The notes beneath the pieces were generated by a model. It searched no databases, was not told the DNA's origin, and worked only from the letters and a program-made list of their open reading frames with translations. DNA of 64,000 bases from Acanthaster planci (taxonomy: Eukaryota), in the NCBI RefSeq assembly GCF_001949145.1, contig NW_019091355.1, positions 4,847,518 through 4,911,517 of the forward strand. The letters run 5' to 3'. Shown piece by piece: positions 24,579 to 38,000 of the stretch. How positions within the stretch are numbered: the first letter of the stretch is position 1; every line of letters begins with the position of its first letter. A program made the translations under genes and the position numbers.

Positions 24579-27500
24579 ATGCCATCCTACAAGCTGTATT
24601 ACTTCGACGGTCGGGGACGAGGGGAGGCGACCAGAATGCTGTTTGCGGTCGGTGGCTGCGATTTCGAGGATGTCCGAGTTAGCCCTGAGGAATGGTCGGA
24701 CATGAAACCGAGTAAGTAGCTAGCTGTCATGCATTGCGCGTTGCTGTTCTATGCTTGAATTATTCAGGGTGCTTGGGGCTAGCACTCAGCAGCACTCTGT
24801 TCTAGTCCAGCCTTGTTCACCATTTGACCTCCCGTTGTTCCAATCAATAACTTTTATGCCCAAAATCCAAGGGTAGTTAACACTTTGAGTGATGTACAAA
24901 GTCTTTATGATATGCACTGATGTTATGTGAACGGTTTCTGACCGGCGGGCGTGAACGTGTACATGTATGTAATACATGTACTTGAACCTTGTACATGTAT
25001 TGTACATGTACATGTACATACGTGCATGAGGCAGACGGCGGAGATGAAGGCGACCCAGCGAGAGCCCCCAGCACTAAGCTACGGAAGCGTATAAGGGCCA
25101 TTTGCCATTTTTTTCGAGTTACTTTTTTTCAAGATAGTAAGCGCCACGGCGAGTTAAATCGTTGAATGTGTATCTCGTTGCACGAGTTACACGATCTTAC
25201 TGCGGCGTGAAATTGAAATCCCACCGCAGTAAATATTTCAGCAGTTTCATAAATCCTATCTATATCGTGTCATTGTTCTCAGATGTATAATCAGGGTGGA
25301 ATTCAGTGAAATTGGGTTTCAGATTGCTTTAAAACCAAACTTGATTCAACAAAGATTGATTTCCAACACAAAAGAAAACCAACCAAAGAAATCTCATTGT
25401 TGGGTATGAATTTCCATATTCGGAAATGGTGTGGCCTACTTGGATAGACTGCCTGTTGAAAGGATTACGGTGCCTTTTCATTTATACTTAAAATAGTCAT
25501 ACATGTATTTGCATAAGCGTCGCGAGGGGGACCCTGAAAAGAACGAAGAAAAAGAAACCAGCCAAAGAAATGACAATAGAATGAAATTATTCGCTTGAGA
25601 AAAAAAAGAAAGAAAATCGACCCCCTCCGGCGGTTAAATGTTATTGTTTTAACTATAGACGGTTTGCCTCCCTCCGCTGAAAAAAATTCTGGCGACGCTC
25701 ATATCATGCATATTTTTAGCCAATGTGTGTTGCCATTTTAGACAAATCCTTGATTGCTATGATTTAGGAGATTTCAAGAGGCAAAAAGAAAAATGAAGTG
25801 AAGGTGAAAGGGAGTCTAGCACACACTTTTCATCTACTAAATTGAAATTCCCAAGTTCTTGGACCTCACATTCATGCGTTCACTCGTCACAAACCACCCA
25901 TTATGGGCGGGCACTGTGAAGGGCAAATCTGGCACATATTTTTTGATGAGAGCTTAGTGGACATAGCTTATTTAAATTTAACATTTGAACACGGGTCGAC
26001 ACTTCCGGCCTGGTGCATATGACACCCGTGAACTTACACTTAAGTTGAGGATTACGGCACTAAGTAACCTATTGCCTGGAGCATCCAAAGCTGTGAGATA
26101 TTTCATGCGTTGCGTTTGTAAAAGTACTGTTTTTGATCTCCATTATACTATAAATTAATGAATTTCGACTGATGTCACTTCAAGGTCGCTTGCTTCTGTT
26201 TGGCACTTGGAAAATGTAGGAAGGAATAAAACCACTGTACCCCTCATCTCAATGTGGAAATTCACATTAAAAAATAAGATTTCTTTTGCTTTCTTGTATA
26301 TTGGAAAACAAGCTTCGTTGACATGTAACCAAATCTCACAGCGTTTCAGGCTTATTGAAAAACAATGCGGGCTGAATCTAGGACTTATAAAACTATTGAA
26401 ACATTCCCTGCGACGGGATATCAATTTGACGCTCCTGTAAGATCGTATAACTCGCCACGGCGAGATAGACATTCAACGATTTCACTCGCCGCGGCGAGAT
26501 GGCGAGACGCCAGGCCCTGTGCTTAGCGGGGGGGGGGCGATGCCACCGTCTGGACGTCGGCAAGGCTGCGACTGCCTAGGTTTTACGGCTAGTTGAGATT
26601 TAAACATTTGGGTGGGCCTTTGAAAGTTTGGAATCAAAATGGTGCTATGTTTTCAAAATCCTAAATGTGTATGTGAAAATAATCACAGGGCAGCACCATG
26701 GATGAGTAGAGATTAATATCATTTTTATTCCCTTTACTGCAGAAACTCCTCTTGGTCAGATTCCTGTTCTCGAAGTTGACGGGAAGCAGTTGCCTCAAAG
26801 TGGAGCGATCGAACGTTATCTCGCCGGGGAATTCGGTAAATACCTCTTCAGGTGATCGTTGTTGACTCGTTTCATTGTTTGAATGAACTCTATCCGATGA
26901 GTGCTGGACAAACTTTCGTCGTGCATGCGTCTTTGAAAAGAAGTTGACATTCCCAGTCCCCTCTAAGGCCGGTGGGAACGAGAAAAGTTGGCAAATAACG
27001 TGCGTACTAAAAAAGTACACATCGATGGTTCTCAGGTGACATTCGAACCTATAGGCCGCAAAGGTGGAAAAAGAGAGAGACGTACCACCGTGGAAACTCG
27101 ATACTCCAGGGTTATTTTTGTGTAGGAGGAGGTAACGAAAGGAATATCAAAATATCACTGGAACTCCAAGCAGTATGATTTCGGCTTACTCCTTGTTTTT
27201 CGTAGGTCTGCTCGGCTCCAATAGTTGGGAAGCTGCGCAGATAGACGCAGTGTATCACACGGTGATCGAATTAATGGGAACACTCCTTCAAATTGAGTTT
27301 TACGAAAAAGACGAAGAGAAAAAGGTAATAAAAAACACTTACGAATTTTCACTTGATTGTTCCTTCTGCGTTTATTTGGAATTTGGAAAGAAAAGAGAAC
27401 AATCATCTTCCAGACTGCCACGGTTAGTTTAAACTCATTATAAATATCATAGTTTGACAGAAGAGTCATCGTAAACTTTTAGTCAAGATTTTTTTTTCAT

Positions 27501-28840
27501 TACTATTCCATCAAAAAAATCACACTCGCAACAAACAAAATTCCTATTTTCCAAACTTCCCATGCGATATTGGAAAGCTCTGCAGGCTTGTAAAATCGAT
27601 TAGTGTATGACGTGCTTGTTTTCAGAAAGCTGGACTGGCAAAGTATTACAACGGAGAGGCGCCGAGGAGAATGGCAGGCCTTACCAAATTGTTTGAGATG
27701 TACGGAGGAGGGGATGCAGGCTTCTTTGTTGGAGACAAGGTCAGATACAAAAATAATAAACAGTTAAGTTGTCAAAAAGGTGGTGAAGGACATTTATACT
27801 GACTGGATATTTTTGAAAGATTTGTTATTATTCCTTTTGTGCATGCAACAAAGACCATAGAGCTGGGATGCTAAGTTTGTGCGAGCGCTTCCAATCGTAC
27901 AAGTGCAACTACATTTGAATTTCCTTTTGGAATTAGCCAGTTCGGTATTTCAACAGCGCACGCTCAAACTGAAGTGCGTCAGAGGTTATTCGAGAACAGC
28001 AGCACGCGTGCGCAATAGTCTGTTCTGTCAGGGCATCGATACGCCGACTCACGCGCGCGGTTTGTTCCCAAAAGACCTTAGCTATTTTCCAATAGTCAAC
28101 TTCGGCTCCGTCTCAGGGTTCAACTGGTTTTTACTAGCTGACTTTGAATCTTTAAGCGCAGTAATCAGTGTAATAGTGCCACAGAACATCAAACAAGATG
28201 CAAGAAAGCCAAAAACAATAATTTAAACGCTTCAGGCCCAGGAGATTAGTTTTGGGAACGAAGCCTGAGGAGGAGACGAAGTTGAGTATTGGAAAACGGC
28301 CCTTGCCTTGATGAAATGCCGGACTGACTCATCCGCCTTGAGCAGAAGCACCCCCTCGTACGTTGAAAAGAGCCATGCTAGTCAGGAGTGTTCATTATGC
28401 TGGTAGGGACGCCACTGTAACGCGTGCATTTCAGAAATAGTCGTTTGTGAACTAGCTTCAACCAAAGGAGCTTCCGTCACTAGGAAAATTGCACCCTCTC
28501 TTGGTCCAGCTCGAAGCTCATTAATCGTCAAACCGGGTTGCTCCGTGCCACATAAGGAAGTAAATTTGGAAAGCAACAAGCTACCAGTAGGCAGTGGCAG
28601 ACCCAGCTTACCAACCAGCAAACAAACTGAAACTATAAACTGAGCAACCTAATCAGTCATCATTTCTTCTTTCATCTTACACAGATTTCCCTGGCCGACA
28701 TCAACTTCTTCGCGATGACTGAATACTTCGACGCAGAAGAACTGAAGAAGTATCCGAAAATGGAGGCGCTGCGCAGTCGCGTGGCAGCCAATTCGCGATT
28801 GGCTGCCTTTATGAAGAACCGCTCCACACCGCAATTCTGA
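24579..28840 (+). CDS. Sigma-class glutathione S-transferase (HPGDS-like), copy A, 204 aa, 5 exons
   Basis: Exons 24579-24711, 26743-26835, 27206-27324, 27626-27739 and 28685-28840, GT-AG with an open frame. Motifs [16 protein letters not shown] (catalytic Tyr8, Arg14), [27 protein letters not shown] and YPK. ATTAAA at 28942-28947. Confidence 0.95.
25094..26519. mobile_element. Non-autonomous DNA-transposon-like element with long imperfect inverted arms in GST-A intron 1
   Basis: 25142-25258 is the diverged reverse complement of 26379-26496. Outer ends are AGGGCC / GGCCCTG. No clean TSD was seen. Confidence 0.6.
27935..28078. repeat. Dispersed repeat, also at about 19262-19400 in a PAQR3 intron
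   Basis: Shared blocks AGCCAxTTCGGTxTTTxAACAGCGCA, GAACAGC, ATAGTCTG and TTTGTTCCCxAAAGA. Confidence 0.6.
28080..28301. mobile_element. PIF/Harbinger-like MITE (copy 2) in GST-A intron 4
   Basis: Co-linear with 1813-2051, including both TIRs. Confidence 0.8.
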
Positions 28841-30383
28841 AACGCTGTGTCCAAAACAGTCGAGATTTTTGTTTCCAAACTACGTTATCAGCTGACATTC
28901 TTTATGTAACCGACTCTATGTGACGCTGAAGAAATTGTCACATTAAATAATCGTACACAGTCTGACCCATGTAATTGCTAGCTATTTTCTAAACATTTCA
29001 ATGGTATTTCATGCTGAAACTAACCGAAATGGTCTAACCTCAGAGCTATAGTCGTTGCGAACGGCGGTTTTTGAAGTGGGTAGTTTCCCTGCCTCATCAC
29101 TAAAATGTTGTTTTTCACTCAGATGGGTGATGTTATTTGCAATTTAACTAGAAAAGAGCCGTTGGAGCGAAATCCACGCCGACATTTCTCTCCGGTATCG
29201 TCACAGTGTCACGCATTGAACCTTCAGGAGACTTTTTTTTTAGTTATGACTTTCAGTCATTTTGACACCAATCAGATATACCATTCTCGCACAGCGCTCA
29301 TTTTCCCGGGGCAGGTCTGCCAAAGATATAGGCAACTTTATTTTCACTGACGTGCTCGATGCAGGCAAGCTGACATGCGTATAGCCTTAAAGTTAATGTC
29401 CGTAGCAATGAACTCATAATGGCAAATTGAGCTGAAACTTCATGTTTGTCCTGAAATTGAGGCGAGGGTTTTTTTTTATTAATGCTTGGATCCGCCGACC
29501 TTCTGGATTCAGAACTGAAAAAAAAATGAAGATTTTTGGGAGAATTCTCGGATCCACCGACCAACAATTTACCGATATAACTGTGATTTATGTATTGTTT
29601 TGTTCCGATATATTTCAATTTTGTGGAGTGTGGGACAGCTGAGTTCTTGTGGAGCGGGATCCGCCCCAGATACTGAGATAGTTCGAAATAACCCGGCTCT
29701 ATTGGGAGTGACGTCGAATTAATAAATCAGAAACCTTCAGGGACAGTGTCCAATAATGCTGCTTTGTACGTTTTATGTTTTAGATTTCACAAAAATGGAA
29801 ATTAACCTCGAAATACGTATTAACAATGTTTTGTGTATGACTTAACACTCGTCTACATCAAATTACACGATTTATTAAAAGCAGGGTAAATTGGAGGCTA
29901 TAATGGGAATGCATTTTATCCGCAGCTGACTGATCCGATGTTTAAAAGGGGATCTTAAACCCCTAAGCTGAAACTATGTATAGAAATCTTGCTGTTGTGC
30001 CTTTGAAGTTTCTCTGAATACAAAATTGTGACTCTGGCTGTTTTAAGGGCATAGTCGCGTATCTGGCCGCAAATCCTTTTCCAGATTGTGTAGTGAGGGA
30101 CACATAGCAGCTTTTCGCACAGATCCGTCTGGAAAGAAGATCAACAGATGCCATGAGTTGGCACATTTTAATAAAAAGCCGCTGGACTGAGCCCTTGACC
30201 TCTTCTAAACAGGGAACATCAATAGGTAAACGCTCGATTACAAGTGTCCGTTATTTTGCAAATTTGTTGACCGAAATGAGCTGGTTATAGCAGAACGAGG
30301 AAAAGCTTATCTCTGCAGTCGAGTCATCGGTACTGAGCGAATAAGTCAGCTGCGGCTTCGCTCCACACGTCTACGATTCCAAC

Positions 30384-30516
30384 ATGCCTTCCTACAAAGT
30401 CGTGTACTTCGATGGCCGCGGGAGGGCAGAGCCGGCCCGCATGATGCTTCGTTACGCGGGCCAGAAGTTCGAAGACGTCCGCTACAGCCCTGAAGAGTGG
30501 GCCAAGCACAAGCCGA
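30384..30516 (+). pseudogene. Orphan sigma-GST exon 1 (copy B): internally deleted paralogue or alternative first exon
   Basis: Intact 133-nt exon MPSYKVVYFDGRGRAEPARMMLRYAGQKFEDVRYSPEEWAKHKP with donor A|GTAAGT. No exon 2-5 sequence occurs before the next exon 1 at 35057. Intron-1 homology ends near 32090 and 3'-flank homology resumes near 32290. Confidence 0.8.
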
Positions 30517-33034
30517 GTAAGTTAGGCACTTTTTTACCAGTTGAGAAGGTAGTTTATGGCGCGGAGACCCCACCCAAATGAACGCTCTTCTCTATGTCAT
30601 CACAGTAATCAGTCAACTATAGACCTACGAGCATGGGCGTATCCTAGGGGATGGGGATATATCTCCCAACACACTTTTTGACCAGGGGACGGGCTACTGA
30701 CTTTAACCCCACCCCTATGCACACACTAGACTTGAAGTCAAGTCGTAAGTCGGTCGTGTTTGTCGTCCAGAACACTGACGCAACTAGGATTTTACTGATG
30801 GGGAGGGGCTGCAAAGGGGCACCAGCATCTTATGGAGGGGGCACCAGCTTTCAGTGGTGTGTGTTTAGGGGGCAAACTCTTGTGCGCCTTGTTCAATGTC
30901 CAATCATCCTGCTTTGTTTATCAGTGGGGTACGACGGGGGGGGGGCACTGGGAATTTGTTTGCATTAGCAAGAAAACAACACCACGAAATAAAAGCAAGG
31001 ATGCCAGGACCATGAGTGTGGCTTTTGATATTTTTTCTCCCCAAACATCATGTTAAATGAGCCCCAAGCTGCATTCGCTTTTGAATTCCCCCGACACTAA
31101 AAAAAGCTGGATACACCGCTTCACGTACATTGTTTACATGATTACAATATTAGTGCACTTAAAGGCATTTTTTTAATTTTTAAAATTTTTTGCCTTTCGT
31201 TTTTGTATCAGAGAGGGAAGGGGATCCACCCCCCTGTATCCGCGCCTGACATCAGTGCGTGAATCCACGTTGTGAAAACCCACATAATAACTCTGTCACA
31301 CTATGTCAATACAGCCCCCATGAAGCTCAGGCTAGACTTCATACAAGTCCGTCTTGATTGGAGCTAAACAAATGTCAACATCTTCAAAAAGGACAGCAAG
31401 GCCTAATAGAAGAAAATGACCATAACATTTTTTTAGTAAAGTAACCAAAACAGGTATTATTTCATTTGGCTGAAATTTGCTGAATCCGTTGTGCAAATTA
31501 AGTAATTTCACCACAGGTAAGAATATGCAGGAATCTCAGTCTTAATTGAGATAAGATAAAACAAATCCAATGCAACACTAATAAAGTCTAGCTCACAAAT
31601 TTTAGTCCAGTGTTTGTGTTCGGTCCTTGAACTTGCCATAACGTCACGTGCTCCTCGGCAGTGTCCACGGTAACGTAGGATTTGCGTCGTACATTGATTG
31701 TTGTTGTTGGAAAGGAATTCTTTATCCGTCACATACGGCATTCAATAATGATTCACCCATTTCATTCTGCATTGCAATCTAATTTTTCAAATCGCTAATT
31801 TGTGTTTTCTCATTGTGCGTCGTCATATTATTATTTGAAACAACGTAAAAACTACATTCCCTTGAGCTTGTGGGAATTTCTTCAAATTTATTGATACAAG
31901 TCTTTCTTATTCTCTATGTGCAAACTCACTATTGTTTTCAGTTTGCACCACAGAGTTATATACAAAACTTAGATATAGCTCTATGGTTTGCACAGGTCTA
32001 TAGAGTTTCACAAACAAAGCTTTTGTCAAAACCGAAAAGCACAAATCATGTTATATAGTCTTTCACTTCTCTGGTGAATTTTGAAATAAACGAGCCCCCC
32101 CCCCCTGAAAAATCGTTGCCCCAGTCCCCCAACTTGCATATCGGAAACGGTACACATGTTTAACATGATGTGATCACCATTACGTACGTGTATATGTCCA
32201 ACATCCAGTCAGCCCCCCTCCGGCCCCCACTTAAGCTTGAAGTTCTCCCCCCCCCCCCCGAATCCTGGCTACGCGGCTACATTTAAGGTGTGAAAAGGAA
32301 GACGAATTAAAAGTAAATTTTCAAATTAACAGGAACAAGGATGTCTGATAACATTTTGCTGCTACGTAGTCTAACTGAAAATGTAAAATATGGAGGTTTA
32401 ACTTTTGAAGGCATTGGCTTGCCATGTAGAGAGTACGGTGGCCTGTGTGTTACAATTAATCGAGGATGGTGCAAGATGTAGAGGAAAGGCTAATATCACC
32501 ACGTTACAATAGAACATGTTGTATTGCTTCTTCGAAGTTGCACAGATTAACCATCAAGAGTAGAACCGCTTTCCAAGTAATGCAACTCACTTAAGGAATG
32601 GCTAGTTTGACCACAAGACCCTTGGGAAGGAAAGCAGGGCTGGACCGGAAGGGCCGTTGAGGCAGTCCACCAGCCTTATAAGGAAAAGTCAGTATTCATT
32701 ATTTGACTAGCCCTACCCTAAGTTGAAATTACCTTGTTTAAATGACTTTACATGTCTCCTTTGAACGACTTACAGTGTTATATAGTTTACACAAGATAAG
32801 TTGTTTAAACAACTTAAAATTGAATGGCACTCGTGGCTTTTGTGCTTGCAGCTTCTTGGGCTGCTTTGGGTCAGAACTGTAGCGCCAACTTTAGTCATTG
32901 GAAAAAAGAATGGATGTCCATTATGCGTGCAGTACAGCATGCAGTATATTGTGTGCTAATTGTACATGTGCACTGCCACGCCTAATCCACCATTTCGGTT
33001 CCAGTAAGTGAGACACTCTTGTCGCACCAGTCTG

Positions 33035-33176
33035 GGCCTGTTTGTTTCAGATCGCGATCAGTGATTTGACGTTGATTCACTGACACCAGAACCACCTAAT
33101 GGATAGCGCGAACCAGCTTAGGGATCCTTGATCGCGATCCTGATCGCGATCCTGATCGGTGTGAAACAAACAGGCC
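33035..33176. mobile_element. MITE with GGCCTGTTTGTTTCA TIRs
   Basis: Perfect 15-bp TIRs and internal GATCGCGATC repeats. Absent from the paralogous segment near 42990. Confidence 0.75.
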
Positions 33177-35056
33177 ATAGGCCTACTACAAACAGCTCTG
33201 CTTCGGGTAACGCCGAAGCGCCACCTTCCGTTTTACCAATCTCGTGAGATTTTCTCGGGTTCATTTTTTTTCACAATGCACGCAGAATGTCCGGGCCTTT
33301 TCGGGTAAGGTATTCTGGCGAGAAGGATTGGATGTTTAGGGAGGGCTAGCTCAAAATATGTGACACTGGGTATATAAAAAAGGCCATGTTGGCTTACACA
33401 TTCTTGATGTTTGAGACGTAGAGTTGAAACAACTATTTCTCAGAACGTTAGAACTGAAAAAGATTAACTACCACAGCGTCCCAACAACACCCCAAGGAGG
33501 GGAGTTACGGGCGTCAACAAATATACCCCCGCTCATGGTGATTTAGGGGAGGTGCTACGTCTTAAAGGTGGGAAGACTTCCTAAAAGCATAAGTCATGTA
33601 GAGGACTTATTTTGCGTGTACGGTTAAGAACAAAGCCAAGTGACAATGACCACCAATGGCGACAACTATGTATAGTAACTCTTTCCTTGCCCAAACATGA
33701 ATTCCCGCACCCCTCCACTCCCCAGCACAAAATCCTGGATCCGCCCCTGCCCTCCGTACCACATACATTGTATGCCTCTTACTGACTGGTCCCACATTTC
33801 AAAAATGAAACTCGTTTCTTTTTAATCAAAGGTCGACGGTTCCATCACCATAAAGCGTTGGTGGTCACACTGTCGCCGACAGAATGATATGTCAAATTAT
33901 GCTTTAGGTTAAAACTCCATTTTGTCTATATAAATTTTGCAGCAGTTGCCCAAACGGCGATGAAAGAACATTTAAACTGACTGGAGTTTCTTGACCGATT
34001 TGTTACATTTCCTTTTTGCATACAACAAAGAGCAGGGAAGCCAAGTTTTTTTTTGGGGGGGGTGCTTTCAACCGTACATTTGAATTTCCTGTGGGTCTGA
34101 CCAGACAGGTCCGCCAAAATGTACTGTACAGGCAACTTTGTTTCCACGGACTCGCGGACATGCACGATACACTCAGGCTGACACGCTTGTAGCCTTAAAT
34201 TTCAAATGACGGCGTAACAACAAATTAAACGATAATATTGAAAATTCACGTTGGTGCTGAAACTGAGTGTTTCACATGCATCATAAGTTTTATAAAAATC
34301 AAGCATGGGACAGCTGAGTTGTGGAGGCGGGCCAGCCCCGGCCATATCATTCAAACTAACTCGGCTCTTTAGGATGACATCTCAAATTAACGAATCAGAA
34401 ACTTTCACGGAAAAAGACCAATAATGCTGCTTTGTAGGTTTTACATTTTAGATTTCTCAAAAAATAAACAGATATAAAATATGAAATCGCTATCAATAAT
34501 GTGTTGTGAATTAACAACCGCCTACATCGTAATCTACATGTATGTACAGTACATGTGCACGATTGATTTCCGAATTCCTAACCAGGAAAAACGGAGGCCA
34601 TGCATTTTGTCAGCAGCTGACCGATCCAATGTTTAAAAGGGGGTAGTCTTACGTGTACCGCCCTGAGCTGTATAGGAAATCTGTGGTGCCTTTGGAGATT
34701 CATTTGACGATAAATACATTTTGACAAGGGCTGTTTTTAAAGTATGGTTGCACATCTGACCGCTAATGCCTTTCTGGAGTGCGTAGTACTAGAGTGAGGG
34801 GAGCATAGCAGCTTTGCGGACATCCGTCTGGAATGAAGACTAATACTAGATGAGTTGGCACATATTGAAAAGAGGCCACTGGCACTAGGCTGTGCCCTTG
34901 ACCCTTTGCGTACACGCTCGATTGCTATGGAAGTGTGGAGAGTGTTTGCATGTATAAAGCTGGTGATGAGAGAAAGCTGACGTGCAGTCGATGCTACGGC
35001 ACTAAGTAAACGAGTCGGGTACGGCCTTGCATGCTCCACACGTCTACGATTCCAAC

Positions 35057-38000
35057 ATGCCTTCCTACAAAGTCGTGTACTTCGATGCCCGCGGGAGGGC
35101 AGAGCCGGCCCGCATGATGCTTCATTTCGCGGGCCAGAAGTTCGAAGACGTCCGCTACAATGCCGAAGAGTGGGCTAAGCACAAGCCGAGTAAGTATAAG
35201 GATAGTGTTTCGCCAGTTGAGCACGTGGATAATAGCAGCAGCACGGAAACCCGGGGCCGCCCAAATGCGAGCCTGCCTCTTTATGTCATAATGATCGAAC
35301 GAGTCATACTACTTATGGGCGTAAATCCCTGGGGATGAGGGATATATATCCCTCCACCCACACTTTTGACCAGGGGGTTGAATCATTAATCCCCCTCGTA
35401 GTAAGAAAAAATTTAAGCTGCATTGTAAAGAATTGTTTGGACAAACCAACAAACAAAATGTATTTATCAACACTCAAAAAAGCACAGTAAAAAGCCATAA
35501 ATATGCCTTTCTGACGTAAACTTCGGCATAAAAGTGCACATCTGTATCATGAACATCGCCCCCTCTAGGAGGCCATATGGGATCAGCACCCACTCCCGAG
35601 CCCCCCCCCCTTCAAATTTTCACGTCTGGTCATCTACCCCTTCGCATAGTTCCCCTTTTCAATTTTCCGGCCCAAATTTTCGCCACTGCATTATTGGAAG
35701 TTTAAACATTCCAGCTCGGAGTAAATGATGACGACAACCCGAACCTTTCAATCTCGACACCGAGGCTACGGGGACAGTTAAAAAAACAAACAAAATAGTC
35801 GTGGAATTTCTGCCAGAAAAATTGGGTTAAATAAAATGTACTGTGCGTGTATTGCTGTGAAACCAGCCTCGCATATTATCGAGTATCAGTCGGGTTAGTT
35901 ATAATTGTCTGGACCATTTGAAGCGTGCATTGGAACGGCACTCACGCCCAGCTTGTAACAACAGAATTGGTGCCGGTGTTCCGACCTCCGACCGTCAACC
36001 ATGAAGGAAACCTCACCATATAGCTATACAGTTGAAGCGAGATATGGACCGAGAGACCCTCTACCTTTTTGTGTTGGGTATTGTTTGACCGGAATCGCAG
36101 GAATTCTTTTCAGACGGGGGGGGGTGTTAGGTAGTACAGTCCAGATCTAGTGTCGATAGGGTTTTGACATCTGGTTGGGGTTGGCCTACGCCTCCGTCCC
36201 GTATAACGCTTACCTACTCTCCACACTCAGGGACAGATCCGGGAATTTTCCCGGGGTGGGGGGCGGAGATTTATGTTTAATGTCTCATTTTTTTCGGATA
36301 AGCGGAAACAATAAAGAAACATTAAATTACATAATTTGTTAACAATGGTATTGGCACACGTTAGTTATTTTTTATAACTTTCCCCATGTTTTACTAACCT
36401 TTCTTATGTCTCGGAAGAGGGGTGGTTCAACATCCGCGTCTGATATGATATCAGTGCGTGAATCACGTTATGAAAATCTGCACACTATGTCAATACAGCC
36501 TTTGGACCTCAGGCTAGACTTCATACGAGTCCGTCTTGGAACTAAACAAAAGTCAACATCTTCAAAAACGACAGCCAGGCCTAATAGAAGACATGATGTC
36601 AGGAATTTAGTAAAGTAACCAAAACAGCTAGGTATTATTTAAGTTGGCTACAATTTCCTGAATCTGTCGTGCAAATTGAGTGATTTCACTGCAGTAAGAA
36701 TATACAGGAATCTCAGTCATGACAAACGAGATAAGAAAAAAAAACTAATTCAACACTAATAAAGTCTAGCTCATAATGTTTACGTTTGGAACTTGAACTT
36801 GCCATAACGTCACGCAGTCCTCGATAGTTCCACGGCAACGGAGGATTTGCATCGTACATTGATTTTATGTTGTTGAAAAGCGCATGCGCGTATGCGCCAT
36901 TCAATCATTTGATAATTCTTAACCTATTTCATTCTGCGTTGCAATCTTTGAAATCACTATCGGCTAATTTATTTTTTGCAACAACGCAAACCGCGTTCCC
37001 TGGAGCTGTCGGGAATTTCTTCAAGTCTTTCTACAAGTCTTTCTTATTTTTTATGCAAACGCTTCTTATTCTCTATAGGGGGGCCTATGTGCAAACTCAT
37101 TTCTTCCCAGAAATACACAGATTTTATGGAAAGAGTTTCACAAACACGGCTTTTGTCAAAAGCGAAAAACACAAGTCAGCCTTTATAACCTTTCCCTTCT
37201 CTTGTCAATTTAAAAATGAACCTTCCAGATTCACAGAAAGGCAAAATATTTGATTGTTTTCTTATTTTGGAATGACAAAAGTTTCGAATTTTTGTAAATT
37301 AAAATACACGCTGCGGCTGAGTTGGAAGTTTAAAGAAAACCCCAAGCCCTCCATGATTTTATTCAGAATTCGTTGAAAATGTAGCCCTGTTTTCACTGAA
37401 TTTGTCCCCCTTTAAAGAAAATACAGAAAAATTTGAACCTTAATATTTTATTGCTTCCTGGCACATCTTTGGTCAAGAACGTCGCCTTATAAGGCCCAAT
37501 AAACTGCTTGAGCAATCAAGGGCAAGAAGGGTTTGCTTGAAGATTTAAAAGAAGGCACCACTCCTGTTGTATTAATGAATGTGCCTTAAAGTTTTGTTTA
37601 TTCCTGCCACAGCGACTCCATTTCAGCAGCTACCGTACTTGGAGGTCGACGGGAAGATTATCCCTCAGAGTAGTGCCATGCAAGGCTTCTTGGCCAGGGA
37701 GCTCGGTGCGTTTGATTGCTTTTCAGGTGTATTACGGTACAATAATGATCTTGTAGTTATAAAGTCTCTAGCAGCTATGAACTCGTGTTTGGGACAACTT
37801 CAACAGTGTGTTTTTTATGCGGTAAAAATCCAAATGGGCAGTCCGTAGTGGTGTAAGACCAAACAGGTTCACATAATTTACGTTCTTGGGAAAACATAGT
37901 TTTGTCAAAAGAAGTAATTGTAGGAAGTGTCAAGCGGCTTGGGCACAGTGGTGATATAACTTAAGCACTGGTGTTTTTGATACAGTCGATGTGAGCCGCT

